Program-made: the position numbers and the translations under genes
Origin: Candidatus Latescibacterota bacterium
GTDB lineage: Bacteria > Latescibacterota > UBA2968 > UBA8231
Direction: 5' to 3'
Assembly (NCBI GenBank): GCA_965197905.1
Contig: CBDAOB010000004.1
Span: 2,016,001-2,080,000 of the forward strand
Length of the DNA stretch: 64,000 nucleotides
Part shown: positions 31,706 through 41,683 of the stretch, one piece after another
Position numbering within the stretch: position 1 is the first letter of the stretch
Layout of the letters: every line of letters begins with the position of its first letter
The notes under the pieces: model-generated
Seen by the model: the letters and a program-made list of their open reading frames with translations, nothing else
The model's database searches: none
Told to the model about the DNA's origin: nothing

Positions 31706-32401
31706 ATGGAAAGTCCGGTAAAGAGTTACTTGGCCGAGTTGCTGGGAACGTTCGTTCTCGTGTTCGTGGGTACTTCGGTAGCCACCTTGCAGGGATTTCT
31801 AAGCGGCTACGGAGACACCGGTTGGCTGGGAATCTCGTTTGCTTTCGGGTTCACACTCATGGTTCTGGTTTGGGTGATCGGACCCGCTTCGGGTTGTCAC
31901 ATCAACCCTGCCGTTACCATCGCTATGGCGTTGGCCGGCCGACATGCCTGGTCCCGAGTACCTGGATACGTTGTTGCCCAATTGATCGGTGCAACGGCGG
32001 CAAGTCTGGTCCTGCTCTCGCTCCTGAACGGCATCCCGGGATACGAAGCTGCGCAACACGGCCTGGGTGCCAACGGCAATCCGCGGGACATGACCACCGG
32101 CACCCTGCTGGGGTGGGAGATCGTTTTGACCGCGCTCTTCCTCTTCACGATTTTCACTGCAACCCGAAGTGACTCAGCTCCTGGATTCGCTGGGCTGGCC
32201 ATCGGGGGTTTCCTCTTCGTGGCGCACCTGGTCGGTGCTCAGCTGGGAGACTCCTCGTTGAACCCGGCGCGCAGTTTTGGTCCAGCCATCATTCAAGGGG
32301 GCGCCGCACTCAGCACCCTGTGGGTGTTTATCGTCGGGCCCATTGTGGGGGGTGTGATCGGATTGATCCTTTACAAGATCGTGCATACAGAAGATAGCTG
32401 A
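31706..32401 (+). CDS. aqpZ: Aquaporin (MIP family)
   Basis: Two NPA motifs (HINPA, SLNPARS) and six TM helices. GGAGG RBS, with TTGACA upstream at 31630. Confidence 0.88.
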   Translation: MESPVKSYLAELLGTFVLVFVGTSVATLQGFLSGYGDTGWLGISFAFGFTLMVLVWVIGPASGCHINPAVTIAMALAGRHAWSRVPGYVVAQLIGATAASLVLLSLLNGIPGYEAAQHGLGANGNPRDMTTGTLLGWEIVLTALFLFTIFTATRSDSAPGFAGLAIGGFLFVAHLVGAQLGDSSLNPARSFGPAIIQGGAALSTLWVFIVGPIVGGVIGLILYKIVHTEDS

Positions 32402-32505
32402 AAAGTTCCGGGCGGTACGGAACAGCATCAAACGTGATGGGCGGTCCTCCGCGGCGGAGGATCGCCCATTTTTTCACCATGGACACTTGCCAGGGAGAGT
32501 TAGAG

Positions 32506-33531
32506 ATGCCGTTGAGAATTGGAATCGTGGGCGCAGGAGAAAACACGCGGACCCGTCACATTCCCGGATTTCAGAAGATAGAGGGCGTCGAGGTCGTCGC
32601 GGTGTGCAACCGGACCCTCGCCTCGGGGCAAAAGGTTGCAGATGAGTTCGGCATCCCCGCTGTCCACGAGGACTGGCGGGCATTGGTGACCAGTGCCGAC
32701 GTGGACGCCGTGTGTATCGGGACGTGGCCCTATATGCACTGCCCCGTCACGTTGGAGGCACTTGCGGCGGATAAGCACGTTCTGACCGAGGCTCGCATGG
32801 CGATGAATCTGGACGAGGCGCGACAGATGCACGCCGCTTCGACCGAGTCCGACAAGGTCGCGATGATCGTTCCCGCTCCCATCTGGTTGGAGACCGAATC
32901 CGCGCTGCTGGAAATGGTGAGTGCCGGGCAGTTCGGTGACTTTCTGGAGATCCACGTATGCGGACTCGGAGGGGGGTACGATCCGCAGGCACCGCTGCAC
33001 TGGCGCCAACGGAGGGAATTGTCCGGAAACAACATCATGATCACGGGGATTCTGAACGAAACGGTTCATCGCTACGCCGATGTGGAGAGTTCAGTATCGG
33101 CATCCGGCAGCGTTTTCACGAAAGAACGGACCAACCCCGAAACAGGATCCGCCGGCGTTGCGGACGTACCGGAGAGTCTCGGCATCGTGGCGCAGATGCA
33201 GGGCGGCGCCACGGCAGTGTACCATGTGAGTAGCGTCGCTCACCTCGGTGAGGAAGCTTCCGTTACCGTTTTTGGCACCAAAGGCAGCTTCAGGTTGGAT
33301 GGGGTCGGAGCGTGGATAGCCACGTCATCCGAAACGGCATTCCGGCCCCTTGAGGTGCCTTTAGAGGAGCAGGGAGGCTGGCGGGTCGAGGAGGAGTTCG
33401 TAGAGGCAGTATTAGAGGGGAAACCGGTTACCCACACCTCGTTTGCCGACGGAATTCGATATATGGAATTCACCGAAGCGGTGAATATCAGCATGCGGGA
33501 GGGCCGCAGGGTAGACCTACCGCTTCCCTGA
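32506..33531 (+). CDS. Gfo/Idh/MocA family oxidoreductase
   Basis: IGIVGAG, DVDAVCIGT and KHVLTEARMA. Confidence 0.9.
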   Translation: MPLRIGIVGAGENTRTRHIPGFQKIEGVEVVAVCNRTLASGQKVADEFGIPAVHEDWRALVTSADVDAVCIGTWPYMHCPVTLEALAADKHVLTEARMAMNLDEARQMHAASTESDKVAMIVPAPIWLETESALLEMVSAGQFGDFLEIHVCGLGGGYDPQAPLHWRQRRELSGNNIMITGILNETVHRYADVESSVSASGSVFTKERTNPETGSAGVADVPESLGIVAQMQGGATAVYHVSSVAHLGEEASVTVFGTKGSFRLDGVGAWIATSSETAFRPLEVPLEEQGGWRVEEEFVEAVLEGKPVTHTSFADGIRYMEFTEAVNISMREGRRVDLPLP

Positions 33532-33569
33532 GGATTCGCGACGCTGCGAACTCGAAGCTGGGGTCGGAT

Positions 33570-35051
33570 CTAGAGGATCTGCTGGTCGATGTTCATGGCG
33601 ACCATGTCATGTATCTGACTGTCGCCAAGGGCGGTGGGCGATTGTTTTTCGAGTACGGCTTGTTCGTGCAATTCATCCATAGTCACGCAGCCGGTGGTCG
33701 CCAGGGTTGCTCCCAGAATCTGCAGGATAATCGGTAGTTTCTCGTATACCGAACCCATGTGGGGAACGTAACCGGTGATGCCCTCTTCGAAAAAGAATTC
33801 CTTGGCTTGGGCGTAGCGCCGGAAATTGCGGGCCTTGGTGCTTCCTTCCATCCAATATTCCTTGACGATCTCGCCGGCGGCGTTGCGGACGAGATTGCCT
33901 TCGCTCTCGGTATAACGGGCGAAAAAGTTGCCCATCATCAGGGCATCGGCGCCGAGGGCGAGAGCAACCGACATCTCGGCTGTGGTGGATATGCCCCCGT
34001 CCGCAATTAAGGGGAGATAACGCCCCTCCTTTTTCGCCAGCTCGTCCCGAGCCGGCGCGATGTCCATCAACGCCGTTGCCTGGCCCCTGCCCGTGGCTTT
34101 GATCTCCTGGGTCGTGCAACCCGATCCGATACCCATCCCGATCTTGACCGCGTCGGCGCCGGCCGCTGCGAGAAATTCGAACCCGGCGGCGGTAACCACG
34201 TTTCCTCCCACTATCGGCACGTCGAATTCGGATTTGCTCCAACCCAACGCCTGCTTCTGATAGTGGGTGTGTCCATCGGCAGCGTCGATCACCAGGACAT
34301 CGACCTCCCTTTCGACCAACGCCCGCACTCGATCCCGGTCTTCGGGGTGGGTCGATATGGCGGCCCCCACAAGAAGCCGCTTCTTTTCGTCGATCGATTC
34401 GTTGGGATGCTGCAGGTGTTTGTCAAGATCCTTCTTGAATACCACCGATTGCAGCAAGCCGTCTTTGGATACGATCGGCAACACCCCCCGGCCGTACTGT
34501 ATCATCAATTCGTTCGCCTGCGACAGGTCATCGATCTCCACCCCGGTCTGCACATCCGTCTTCATGCGGTCGACCACCTTTTTCTCGTGGTCTCTGCGGA
34601 CGTCGAAGTCCTTGTCGGTAATAATGCCCAACAGCTTTCCGTTGGGTTGCCCACACTCGGTTACGGGAAAGGTGGTATATCCGTTTTCCTCGATGATGTC
34701 GATGACATCGGCGATGGCTTGCTGCGGGGAAAGGGTTTTGATATTCGTCTGAAATCCCGCCTTGAACCGTTTTACGCGATCGATCGCATCACACTGGTCT
34801 TCCATCGGCTGACTGACGGGAAGGATTCCAATGCCACCCAGCTGTGCGATGGCAATAGCCATCTCGGTTCCAGTCACCGCCTGCATGGCCGCACTTATGA
34901 ACGGTATGTGAAGATTGAGGAACTCATCCTCGGATCGGCAAAGTCGCGTGCGCAGTGAAACGTGGGGCGTCGATCCGTTGCTGGCGGTAAAACCTGGTAG
35001 GAGGCGAAACTCTTTGAGACTGCAGGAAGGAGCCGTTAATACCTTGGCCAT
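33570..35051 (-). CDS. guaB: IMP dehydrogenase with CBS domains
   Basis: ISAAM, CBS pair, GMGIGSGCTT catalytic loop, ADGG, YWMEGS and EEG. Confidence 0.88.
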   Translation of the reverse strand: MAKVLTAPSCSLKEFRLLPGFTASNGSTPHVSLRTRLCRSEDEFLNLHIPFISAAMQAVTGTEMAIAIAQLGGIGILPVSQPMEDQCDAIDRVKRFKAGFQTNIKTLSPQQAIADVIDIIEENGYTTFPVTECGQPNGKLLGIITDKDFDVRRDHEKKVVDRMKTDVQTGVEIDDLSQANELMIQYGRGVLPIVSKDGLLQSVVFKKDLDKHLQHPNESIDEKKRLLVGAAISTHPEDRDRVRALVEREVDVLVIDAADGHTHYQKQALGWSKSEFDVPIVGGNVVTAAGFEFLAAAGADAVKIGMGIGSGCTTQEIKATGRGQATALMDIAPARDELAKKEGRYLPLIADGGISTTAEMSVALALGADALMMGNFFARYTESEGNLVRNAAGEIVKEYWMEGSTKARNFRRYAQAKEFFFEEGITGYVPHMGSVYEKLPIILQILGATLATTGCVTMDELHEQAVLEKQSPTALGDSQIHDMVAMNIDQQIL

Positions 35052-35201
35052 GGGTCACCTTTGGGATAGGATGATCCCTAGAGATAATACGTACAAGTGA
35101 AATTTTGTTCAAATAGACTGCTGTGATATATTCTAAAGGCGAAACATGAGGCCAACGGATACATAGGCCTTACCTGCCAGAAACCGGAGGAGGGAGTCCG
35201 A

Positions 35202-35462
35202 ATGTCTTATAGAAGAACCTATTCAAGCCCCGATGACGCGGGGCACGCCGGCAGTTTTCTCGCTGGTTGTCTTGCGGGTGCGGTGATTGGCGGCGTACTC
35301 GGAATGCTGCTCGCACCCCATCGTGGCGATATCACCCGCCGCAAGATTGTCCGCAAAGCGGAGGATACCAAGGATCAAGTGATAGAAGCCGTTGAGGAAC
35401 GCCTAGATGTCCTGAAGACGCAGGAGGAAAGCGAACATGCCGACGAAGAAGCAAATAACTGA
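35202..35462 (+). CDS. YtxH domain-containing protein
   Basis: FLAGCLAGAVIGGVLGMLLAPHRGDITR with a strong GGAGGAGG RBS. Confidence 0.85.
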   Translation: MSYRRTYSSPDDAGHAGSFLAGCLAGAVIGGVLGMLLAPHRGDITRRKIVRKAEDTKDQVIEAVEERLDVLKTQEESEHADEEANN

Positions 35463-35787
35463 GACCCTTAGAGAACGCCTCAGCGACGTAGCCGAGCGCG
35501 GCAAAATCATCGGTCAAGCGTTACGAGTGCGAGCGGATATGGCTGTTACCCGCAGGCGTTTGCGATCAACCTTTGCCGAACTTGGCGAGGAGATCTACGA
35601 ACGCATGATCGGTGGATCCAACGGCTCGGTTTCGGCCGACGACACCTTGAACTCCTTTCGCACCCGGATCGACGGACTAAAGGAGGAGCTGAAGAGTCAT
35701 GAGGAGGAGCTCGACAAGGTTATGCATCCAAATCACGGGCGCGTAGAGGCGGACGCCGCCAAAGAATCCGAGACGCAATCGTCATAA
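35437..35787 (+). CDS. Hypothetical coiled-coil protein
   Basis: GGAGG RBS, overlap with the YtxH gene, and a helical charged sequence. Confidence 0.7.
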   Translation: MPTKKQITETLRERLSDVAERGKIIGQALRVRADMAVTRRRLRSTFAELGEEIYERMIGGSNGSVSADDTLNSFRTRIDGLKEELKSHEEELDKVMHPNHGRVEADAAKESETQSS

Positions 35788-35797
35788 AACCAGGAGC

Positions 35798-37591
35798 CTA
35801 CGCCGATTTCTGCTTTTCCGGATCGTAATGTAGCTGGTACAACCTGGCATAGATACCCCGTCGGGAGATGAGTTCCTCGTGCCGGCCCTGCTCCCGTATC
35901 TCGCCCTTGTGCATGACCAGGATTTGGTCCGCATTGCGAATGGTGGACAACCGGTGCGCAATGACGATCGACGTACGCTCCTTCATCAAGCGAGAGATCG
36001 CTTTCTGAACGAGGTGCTCCGTTTCTGTGTCGATGCTCGAAGTAGCCTCATCCAGCACCAGGATCTCCGGTTGAAACGCAACAGCCCGCGCAAATGACAA
36101 AAGTTGCCGTTCGCCGGCAGATAGAGTAGACCCCCCCTCCGCTACCGGGTGTTTCATGCCTCCGGGGAGACGGTCAATGAAGCGGCGAGCATTTACGTAG
36201 CCGGCTGCCTCCTCTGCTCGGGCTTCACTCACTTCGCTGCCCAGCGTAATATTCCCCGAGATATCACCAGAAAACAGAAAAACGTCCTGCTGGACGATAC
36301 TGATGCGTTGGCGCAGCTCATCCACGTTCCAATCCACGATGTCGCGACCGTCCACCAAAATCTTTCCGGTCTGAATCTCATAGAAGCGGCAAAGCAGGTT
36401 GACGATGGTGGTTTTTCCCGATCCGGTGGCGCCCACCAACGCCAGGCTCTGGCCCGCTTCAACTCGAAAAGAGACGTCCTTCAAGACGAATTCCTCGGCG
36501 GCGGCATCGTATTTGAACGACACGTGTTGAAATTCGATCACGCCCTTTAGATCGGGCAACGGCGCGCCTTTTCTGCCTCCTTCCGGCTCTGGCTCCAGAT
36601 CCAGCAGCTCAAAAATCCGCTCTGAGGCTGCCATGGCGCTCTGCAACAGTGCATAGCGGTCGTTGATATCCATGACCGGACGAAAAAAGCGCCGAATGTA
36701 CTGGAGAAAAGCAACTAGAACGCCCAGTTCGATGCTGGTGTCCAGCACCGACAGGGAGCCGTACCAGACGATCAATGCCATGCCGACGGTACCGATGAAC
36801 TCGGAGAGCGGAAAGAAAATAGCATAGTAGTGAATCTCCCGGTCTTCGGCCTTGCGGTAGGGAATGTGTTCGCCGTCGAAGTCCCTGGCATTCTGCGTTT
36901 GGCGATTAAAAAGCTGAACCACCTCCATTCCGCTGATATTCTCCTGCAGGAAGGAGTTGAGCCGGGCAAGACGTGTGCGCAGCTCGCGATAGGCGCTCAT
37001 GGCCAGGCCCTGCAGGTAAAAGGTCGTCACAAACAACACGGGAACGACCACACATGATACGAGGGTGAGTTTAACGTCCATGTGCGCCATGAATCCGACG
37101 ATGGCGATCAAGGTGAAGATGTCCATGAACACAGACACAACACCTTCGGTGAAAAACTCGTTGAGGGCTTCCACGTCGTTGGTCGTGCGCGTCATGATAC
37201 GACCGATCGGGGTGCGATCGAAATAGCGCATGGGCAAGCGCTGCAGATGGGCGAAGATCTGTCGCCGCAGATCGCGCATCACCAGTTGGCCGGTTACCTC
37301 GGTGACGATCGTCTGACCGTACTGGGCGAGGTAATGCAGGGCGATGCTGCCGAAAAACAGTGCGACAATCCAGGTAAGGCCGTCCAGGTCGCCCGCGATT
37401 ATGTGTTCGTCGATGGCGACCTGAGTAAGCCGCGGACCTACCTGGCTGGTGGCCGCGGCAGCCACGATCAGCAGCAGAGCGGCACAGACTCTCCCCAGGT
37501 AAGGTTTCATGTAGAGCAACAGGCGCCACATGAGCTTTGGCTCGAAGGCGCGGTACTGCAGCTCTTCTTCCCGATTCAGCTCCGTGTTCAC
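35798..37591 (-). CDS. ABC exporter, fused TMD-NBD, heterodimer subunit
   Basis: GATGSGKT, degenerate signature LSAGE, ILVLDE and IAHRLST. Confidence 0.93.
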   Translation of the reverse strand: MNTELNREEELQYRAFEPKLMWRLLLYMKPYLGRVCAALLLIVAAAATSQVGPRLTQVAIDEHIIAGDLDGLTWIVALFFGSIALHYLAQYGQTIVTEVTGQLVMRDLRRQIFAHLQRLPMRYFDRTPIGRIMTRTTNDVEALNEFFTEGVVSVFMDIFTLIAIVGFMAHMDVKLTLVSCVVVPVLFVTTFYLQGLAMSAYRELRTRLARLNSFLQENISGMEVVQLFNRQTQNARDFDGEHIPYRKAEDREIHYYAIFFPLSEFIGTVGMALIVWYGSLSVLDTSIELGVLVAFLQYIRRFFRPVMDINDRYALLQSAMAASERIFELLDLEPEPEGGRKGAPLPDLKGVIEFQHVSFKYDAAAEEFVLKDVSFRVEAGQSLALVGATGSGKTTIVNLLCRFYEIQTGKILVDGRDIVDWNVDELRQRISIVQQDVFLFSGDISGNITLGSEVSEARAEEAAGYVNARRFIDRLPGGMKHPVAEGGSTLSAGERQLLSFARAVAFQPEILVLDEATSSIDTETEHLVQKAISRLMKERTSIVIAHRLSTIRNADQILVMHKGEIREQGRHEELISRRGIYARLYQLHYDPEKQKSA

Positions 37592-39342
37592 ATCGCCTCC
37601 AGTTCTGCGGTCAGCTCCTGTCGGCGAAACAGTTCGGCGTAAAATCCCCCGGCCGTCACGAGTTCCCTATGGCTCCCTCGTTCGGCAATCTCCCCGTCGT
37701 TGAGCACGATGATCTGGTCCGCCAACCGCAGGGTCGAGATGCGGTGGGCAACGATGATGGCGGTGCGCTCCGCGAGAAACCCGAACAGGTGTTCGAGGAT
37801 GGCGTTTTCGGTCCGCGTGTCCACTGCCGACAGGGCGTCATCCAGAATGAGTATCTGTGGTTCGAGAAGCAGCGCTCTGCCCAGGGTGGCGCGCTGCTTC
37901 TGGCCCCCCGACAACGTTACACCCCGTTCCCCGATCAAGGTTTCGAAACCTTCGTTGAATTCCGTTACATCCTCGGACAATTCTGCTAGGGCGGCGGCGG
38001 CTACGATCCGATTCTGCGAAACATCGGGTCGACCGTAGGCGAGGTTGGCGCTGATGCTGTTGGAGAACAGGAAGGGATTCTGGGACACATACCCGATGCC
38101 GGCGCGAATCCGCTCCGGGGGCCAGTCCTCGATCGGAACGCCGTCGAGCAGCAGCTCACCTGGATTGCTGCGAATCAACCGGGGGATGAGGCGAACCAGA
38201 GTAGTTTTACCGGCGCCTACCCGGCCGCATATGCCCAACGTAGATCCGGCTGGGATATCCAGATCGACCGATCGCAGCACCCGGTGCTCGCCATAGCTGA
38301 AACTGAGATTGCGGAACTGAATCCCCCCTACCAGACTCCTTCCTTGCGCAGCGAAGAAACGTTTTTCCACCGGAGGTTGGGTGTTCAGCACCTCATTGAT
38401 TCGCCGCATGGCCACGAGGGCTCTCTGCGTCCGATCCACCACCCAGCCAATGTAGGCGATGGGGCGTATGAGGACGGTCAAATAGGCGTTGAGCGCCACG
38501 AAGTCACCCATGGAAATGGCCCCTTCAACCAGGGCGTGGCCACCGAACCACAGGTTGAGTCCAAGGCCTATCGACGCGACCAGATGCGTGAACGGTCGGT
38601 AAACGGCATGGGTTTGGATGAGCAGGTTGTTCTTGTCGAGGTAGTCCGCATTGAGTTTCTCAAAGGCGGTCGTTTGCACCGGTCCCTGGACATACGCCTT
38701 CACGACTCGAATTCCGGCGAGGTTCTCCTGAATGAAATTGCTCATGAAGCCGAAGAATCTCTGGATGGCGCCGAAACGAGCGCGTACCAGACCAGCCATG
38801 CGGACCACGAACAAACTCAGCACGACCAATGGTATGAGCACGATGAGTGACAGCCTCAGGTCGATCATACACATCAAGGTGATGGTAAATCCGAGGGTAA
38901 GAGTGATCTCAGCAAGCCCGCGAACGCCGTACATAAAGAAGATTCTGATGGAAGTAAGGTCATTGGTCGCTCGAGCCATCAGGTCGCCGGTCTTGTGTTT
39001 CTGGTAATAAGCCAGGGGCAACTTCAACAGATGGCCGAAATAGGCAGTGCGGATGTCGTATTCTATGTGGGTTGAGGTGAAACCGAGAAAACGTCGCATG
39101 GCGTAGCTGCCGGCGGCTACGACTACGGCCAGACCGAGGATCTGAGCCACCATGAGATACACGACATGGAGCGTCTGGGATGCGGGTACCCCGGCGTCAA
39201 TGGAGTTTACCGCATCACCCAGCAGCAGAGGTATGCGCGCCGCCGCAGCCTGAGCTACGGCAATGACTGCCAGCCCGCATAAAATGTGCCTGAGGTATGG
39301 CCGGATGTAGTGGCGGAAAGGACCAAACATGAAGGGTCGCAA
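37588..39342 (-). CDS. ABC exporter, fused TMD-NBD, heterodimer subunit
   Basis: GRVGAGKT, LSGGQ, degenerate Walker B ILILDD, and ATGA overlap with its partner. Confidence 0.93.
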   Translation of the reverse strand: MRPFMFGPFRHYIRPYLRHILCGLAVIAVAQAAAARIPLLLGDAVNSIDAGVPASQTLHVVYLMVAQILGLAVVVAAGSYAMRRFLGFTSTHIEYDIRTAYFGHLLKLPLAYYQKHKTGDLMARATNDLTSIRIFFMYGVRGLAEITLTLGFTITLMCMIDLRLSLIVLIPLVVLSLFVVRMAGLVRARFGAIQRFFGFMSNFIQENLAGIRVVKAYVQGPVQTTAFEKLNADYLDKNNLLIQTHAVYRPFTHLVASIGLGLNLWFGGHALVEGAISMGDFVALNAYLTVLIRPIAYIGWVVDRTQRALVAMRRINEVLNTQPPVEKRFFAAQGRSLVGGIQFRNLSFSYGEHRVLRSVDLDIPAGSTLGICGRVGAGKTTLVRLIPRLIRSNPGELLLDGVPIEDWPPERIRAGIGYVSQNPFLFSNSISANLAYGRPDVSQNRIVAAAALAELSEDVTEFNEGFETLIGERGVTLSGGQKQRATLGRALLLEPQILILDDALSAVDTRTENAILEHLFGFLAERTAIIVAHRISTLRLADQIIVLNDGEIAERGSHRELVTAGGFYAELFRRQELTAELEAM

Positions 39343-39415
39343 ATATAGGCGGGGCCGGAGTCCCGCTCAACAAACGCTGGGATGGGCACGACGTCGCTTC
39401 GCGCCCGGGCAGCTT

Positions 39416-40015
39416 CTAGAAGAGCTCGGGGGATCGCTGGCGCAGCAGCGAAGCCATTTCGCGCGCTGCCTTTGCCCTGTGGCTAATGCGATTTTTTTCA
39501 GCGGTGGGGATTTCGGCCATGGTCTTTTGATGATCCGGCAAATAGAAGATAGGATCGTAGCCAAAACCGGACGCTCCCGAGGGCGCTTGGGCGATGAATC
39601 CCTCGCAGACCCCAGTGGTATCCAAACACGTGCCATCTGGGAAGGTCACCACCATACAACATTTGAAGCGAGCGGAGCGTTGAGAAAATTCGGTGACCTC
39701 CCTCAAATTGTGCAGTAGCAACTCGAGCCGCCCGACATCGTCTAGATCCGCGCCTCCGTACCGCGCCGAGTGAACGCCTGGCTCGCCGCCCAGAGCGTCC
39801 ACCTCAAGGCCAGAATCGTCGGCGAGCGCCACCATGCTCGCAGCTGTCGCGAACGCCCGGGCTTTTATCTCCGCATTCTCGGCAAAGGTCTGGCCCGACT
39901 CGTTGACCTCGAGCACCAGATCCAACTCAGAGGGGGTTTTGAGCGCCACGGGTGCCAGCAGGGATCGCAACTCGCGTAGCTTCCCGGGGTTTGACGTGGC
40001 GAGCAATACAGGCAC
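39416..40015 (-). CDS. rdgB: dITP/XTP pyrophosphatase
   Basis: ATSNPGK, ADDSGL, GFGYDPIF and KNRISHR. Confidence 0.95.
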   Translation of the reverse strand: MPVLLATSNPGKLRELRSLLAPVALKTPSELDLVLEVNESGQTFAENAEIKARAFATAASMVALADDSGLEVDALGGEPGVHSARYGGADLDDVGRLELLLHNLREVTEFSQRSARFKCCMVVTFPDGTCLDTTGVCEGFIAQAPSGASGFGYDPIFYLPDHQKTMAEIPTAEKNRISHRAKAAREMASLLRQRSPELF

Positions 40016-40028
40016 GGCGATTTGTTAA

Positions 40029-41093
40029 CTACGGAGTACCCTTCGTCAACTCGTCCAGCTTGAAGGCGCAGTAATCCTTGAAGCGGCTGTCGTTTATGGC
40101 CTTCAAATACCAGCTTCGGGCTTTCTTCAGTTGTCCGAGCCTGGCATAGGTGTCGCCAAGAAGCACCTCGGCCGGGTGGTAATCTCCGTCGAGCGACAGC
40201 GCGGCGTTACCCGAGACGACCGCTTTGTCGTACTCGCTTACCGCCAAATAAGCCTCGCCCAAGCGGTAATGGGTTTCCGCGCTCTGGGGTCGAAGCTTGA
40301 CAGCCTGCGCGAGTGCGGGCACCGCTTCCTGCGGTTTCTCCAACCGCGTGAGAAGGGATCCAAGAAGCAGAAATCCTTCACCGTGTTGCGGATCGATTCG
40401 AGTAGCTCGACGCAACAAAAAGATCGCTCCGGCCACGTCATCCTGCTCCACGAGAATCTGCGCGAGACCTCCGTAGGCTCCAGTGTAGGTAGAATCGCGC
40501 TCGATCGCCCGCTCGTACGCTGCTTTTGCCAGGGCGGGGGCGCGATCCTGCCGATGCAAATCGCCAAGCGCTTTGTGAGGTTTGGCATTCCTGGGGTCCG
40601 CTGTCGTAGCCGCGCCGAACGCGCGTTTGGCAGCGTCCGAGTTTCTCAGACGGGCGTGGCACAGACCGAGATTGTATTGGGCCTCGCTACTTCCCGGCTC
40701 AAGTTCGAGAACGGCCTCGAACGACTGTATGGCCTCGGTATACTTGCGCTGTTGGAAGTTTTCCAGGGCAAATCGCCGGTGCAGCCTCGACAGACGCTTG
40801 GCCAGCCGTTCCCGAGAAATGCCGGAACGCTGCGCCGCCTCGAAGGAGCTGATCGCTTTGCGGTATTCATTCAAATTCTCGTACGCCTGGCCCAAGAGAA
40901 AATGGGCGGCACCGTAGGTAGAATCCATGCTGGCAGCCTGTTCCAACTCGATAGCAGCGTTGCGAAAATTCCTCGATCTAAGGAGTTCGAAGCCAGCGCG
41001 ATAGCGCTCGATAGCTGCTTGAGGTTGGGAACGACCCGGCTGCACGAGCAAGAGAGACCCAGCCATTGTGGATACCAAAACTCGAGTAAACAT
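40029..41093 (-). CDS. Secreted TPR repeat protein
   Basis: N-terminal signal-like segment, tandem TPR motifs, and GGAGA RBS before ATG 41093. Confidence 0.85.
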   Translation of the reverse strand: MFTRVLVSTMAGSLLLVQPGRSQPQAAIERYRAGFELLRSRNFRNAAIELEQAASMDSTYGAAHFLLGQAYENLNEYRKAISSFEAAQRSGISRERLAKRLSRLHRRFALENFQQRKYTEAIQSFEAVLELEPGSSEAQYNLGLCHARLRNSDAAKRAFGAATTADPRNAKPHKALGDLHRQDRAPALAKAAYERAIERDSTYTGAYGGLAQILVEQDDVAGAIFLLRRATRIDPQHGEGFLLLGSLLTRLEKPQEAVPALAQAVKLRPQSAETHYRLGEAYLAVSEYDKAVVSGNAALSLDGDYHPAEVLLGDTYARLGQLKKARSWYLKAINDSRFKDYCAFKLDELTKGTP

Positions 41094-41254
41094 AAATCTC
41101 TCCAGGGACCCGAACGACGGACATTTCCCACGGAACCGGCTAAAAAAGAATCCGTCCTTATCCCTGCGGAAAAGACCGGATTGTGTTGGTAGTGTCGATA
41201 GCGGTGGCGGCATTTCAGCGTCTACAATGCCCCACGTAACGCAAAAGGTGGACG

Positions 41255-41482
41255 CTAGAAATGTGCCCTTATTTCATCTTCTTCCGGAAATCGACCTTCT
41301 TCCAGCTTGGAAAAGACGAGTTCGCCGTCAATCGTAACTTCAAATCGTCCTCCGTCCGAGGGCACGACGACGAACTGGGAGATGTCCTGCTTGTACTCTT
41401 TCAACAACGATTCCGTCAAACTGACGGCTTGGGTGACGTAACCTCAGCCGGTGCAGTATTCCAGCTCTACCTTTTTGGCCAT
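41255..41482 (-). CDS. SelW/SelT/SelH (Rdx family) selenoprotein, 75 aa, Sec at codon 13
   Basis: MAKKVELEYCTG(U)GYVTQAVSLTESLLKEYKQDISQFVVVPSDGGRFEVTIDGELVFSKLEEGRFPEEDEIRAHF. In-frame TGA at 41444-41446 falls in CxxU. Rdx motifs GGRFEV and FSK...RFP are present, with an AAGGAG RBS. Confidence 0.93.
41413..41427 (-). promoter_or_regulatory. Putative bacterial SECIS hairpin
   Basis: CCGTC-AGTTT-GACGG stem-loop with a G in the loop, starting 16 nt 3' of the UGA. Confidence 0.7.
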
Positions 41483-41683
41483 GGGTCTCCTTCGAGCAGA
41501 TGTGGATTCGAATTAGATTGGTGCGGAATTGTGGTTGGCGCCGGATCGATTAGTAAAGGTATATTAGGCGTGGTCTGTTGTCAAAGATCATTCGAGGCGC
41601 TAAACTATCTTGTTTTGACAATTTAGGCAACATCGAGCAGCTGCAGAATTGCCAGGTGACCCGCCGTCGGGCACTGAGGATTG

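Noticed and set aside
35052..35201. Possible purine riboswitch upstream of guaB
   Set aside because: No recognisable aptamer consensus; it looks like an ordinary divergent promoter region.
35798..39342. Degenerate Walker B and signature motifs in the ABC pair
   Set aside because: This is the normal asymmetry of heterodimeric exporters, not decay.
40131..41192. 353-aa plus-strand ORF and other long antisense ORFs
   Set aside because: They are shadows of well-supported opposite-strand genes in GC-rich DNA.
41261..41626. 121-aa plus-strand ORF
   Set aside because: It is antisense to the Rdx selenoprotein and has no recognisable motifs.
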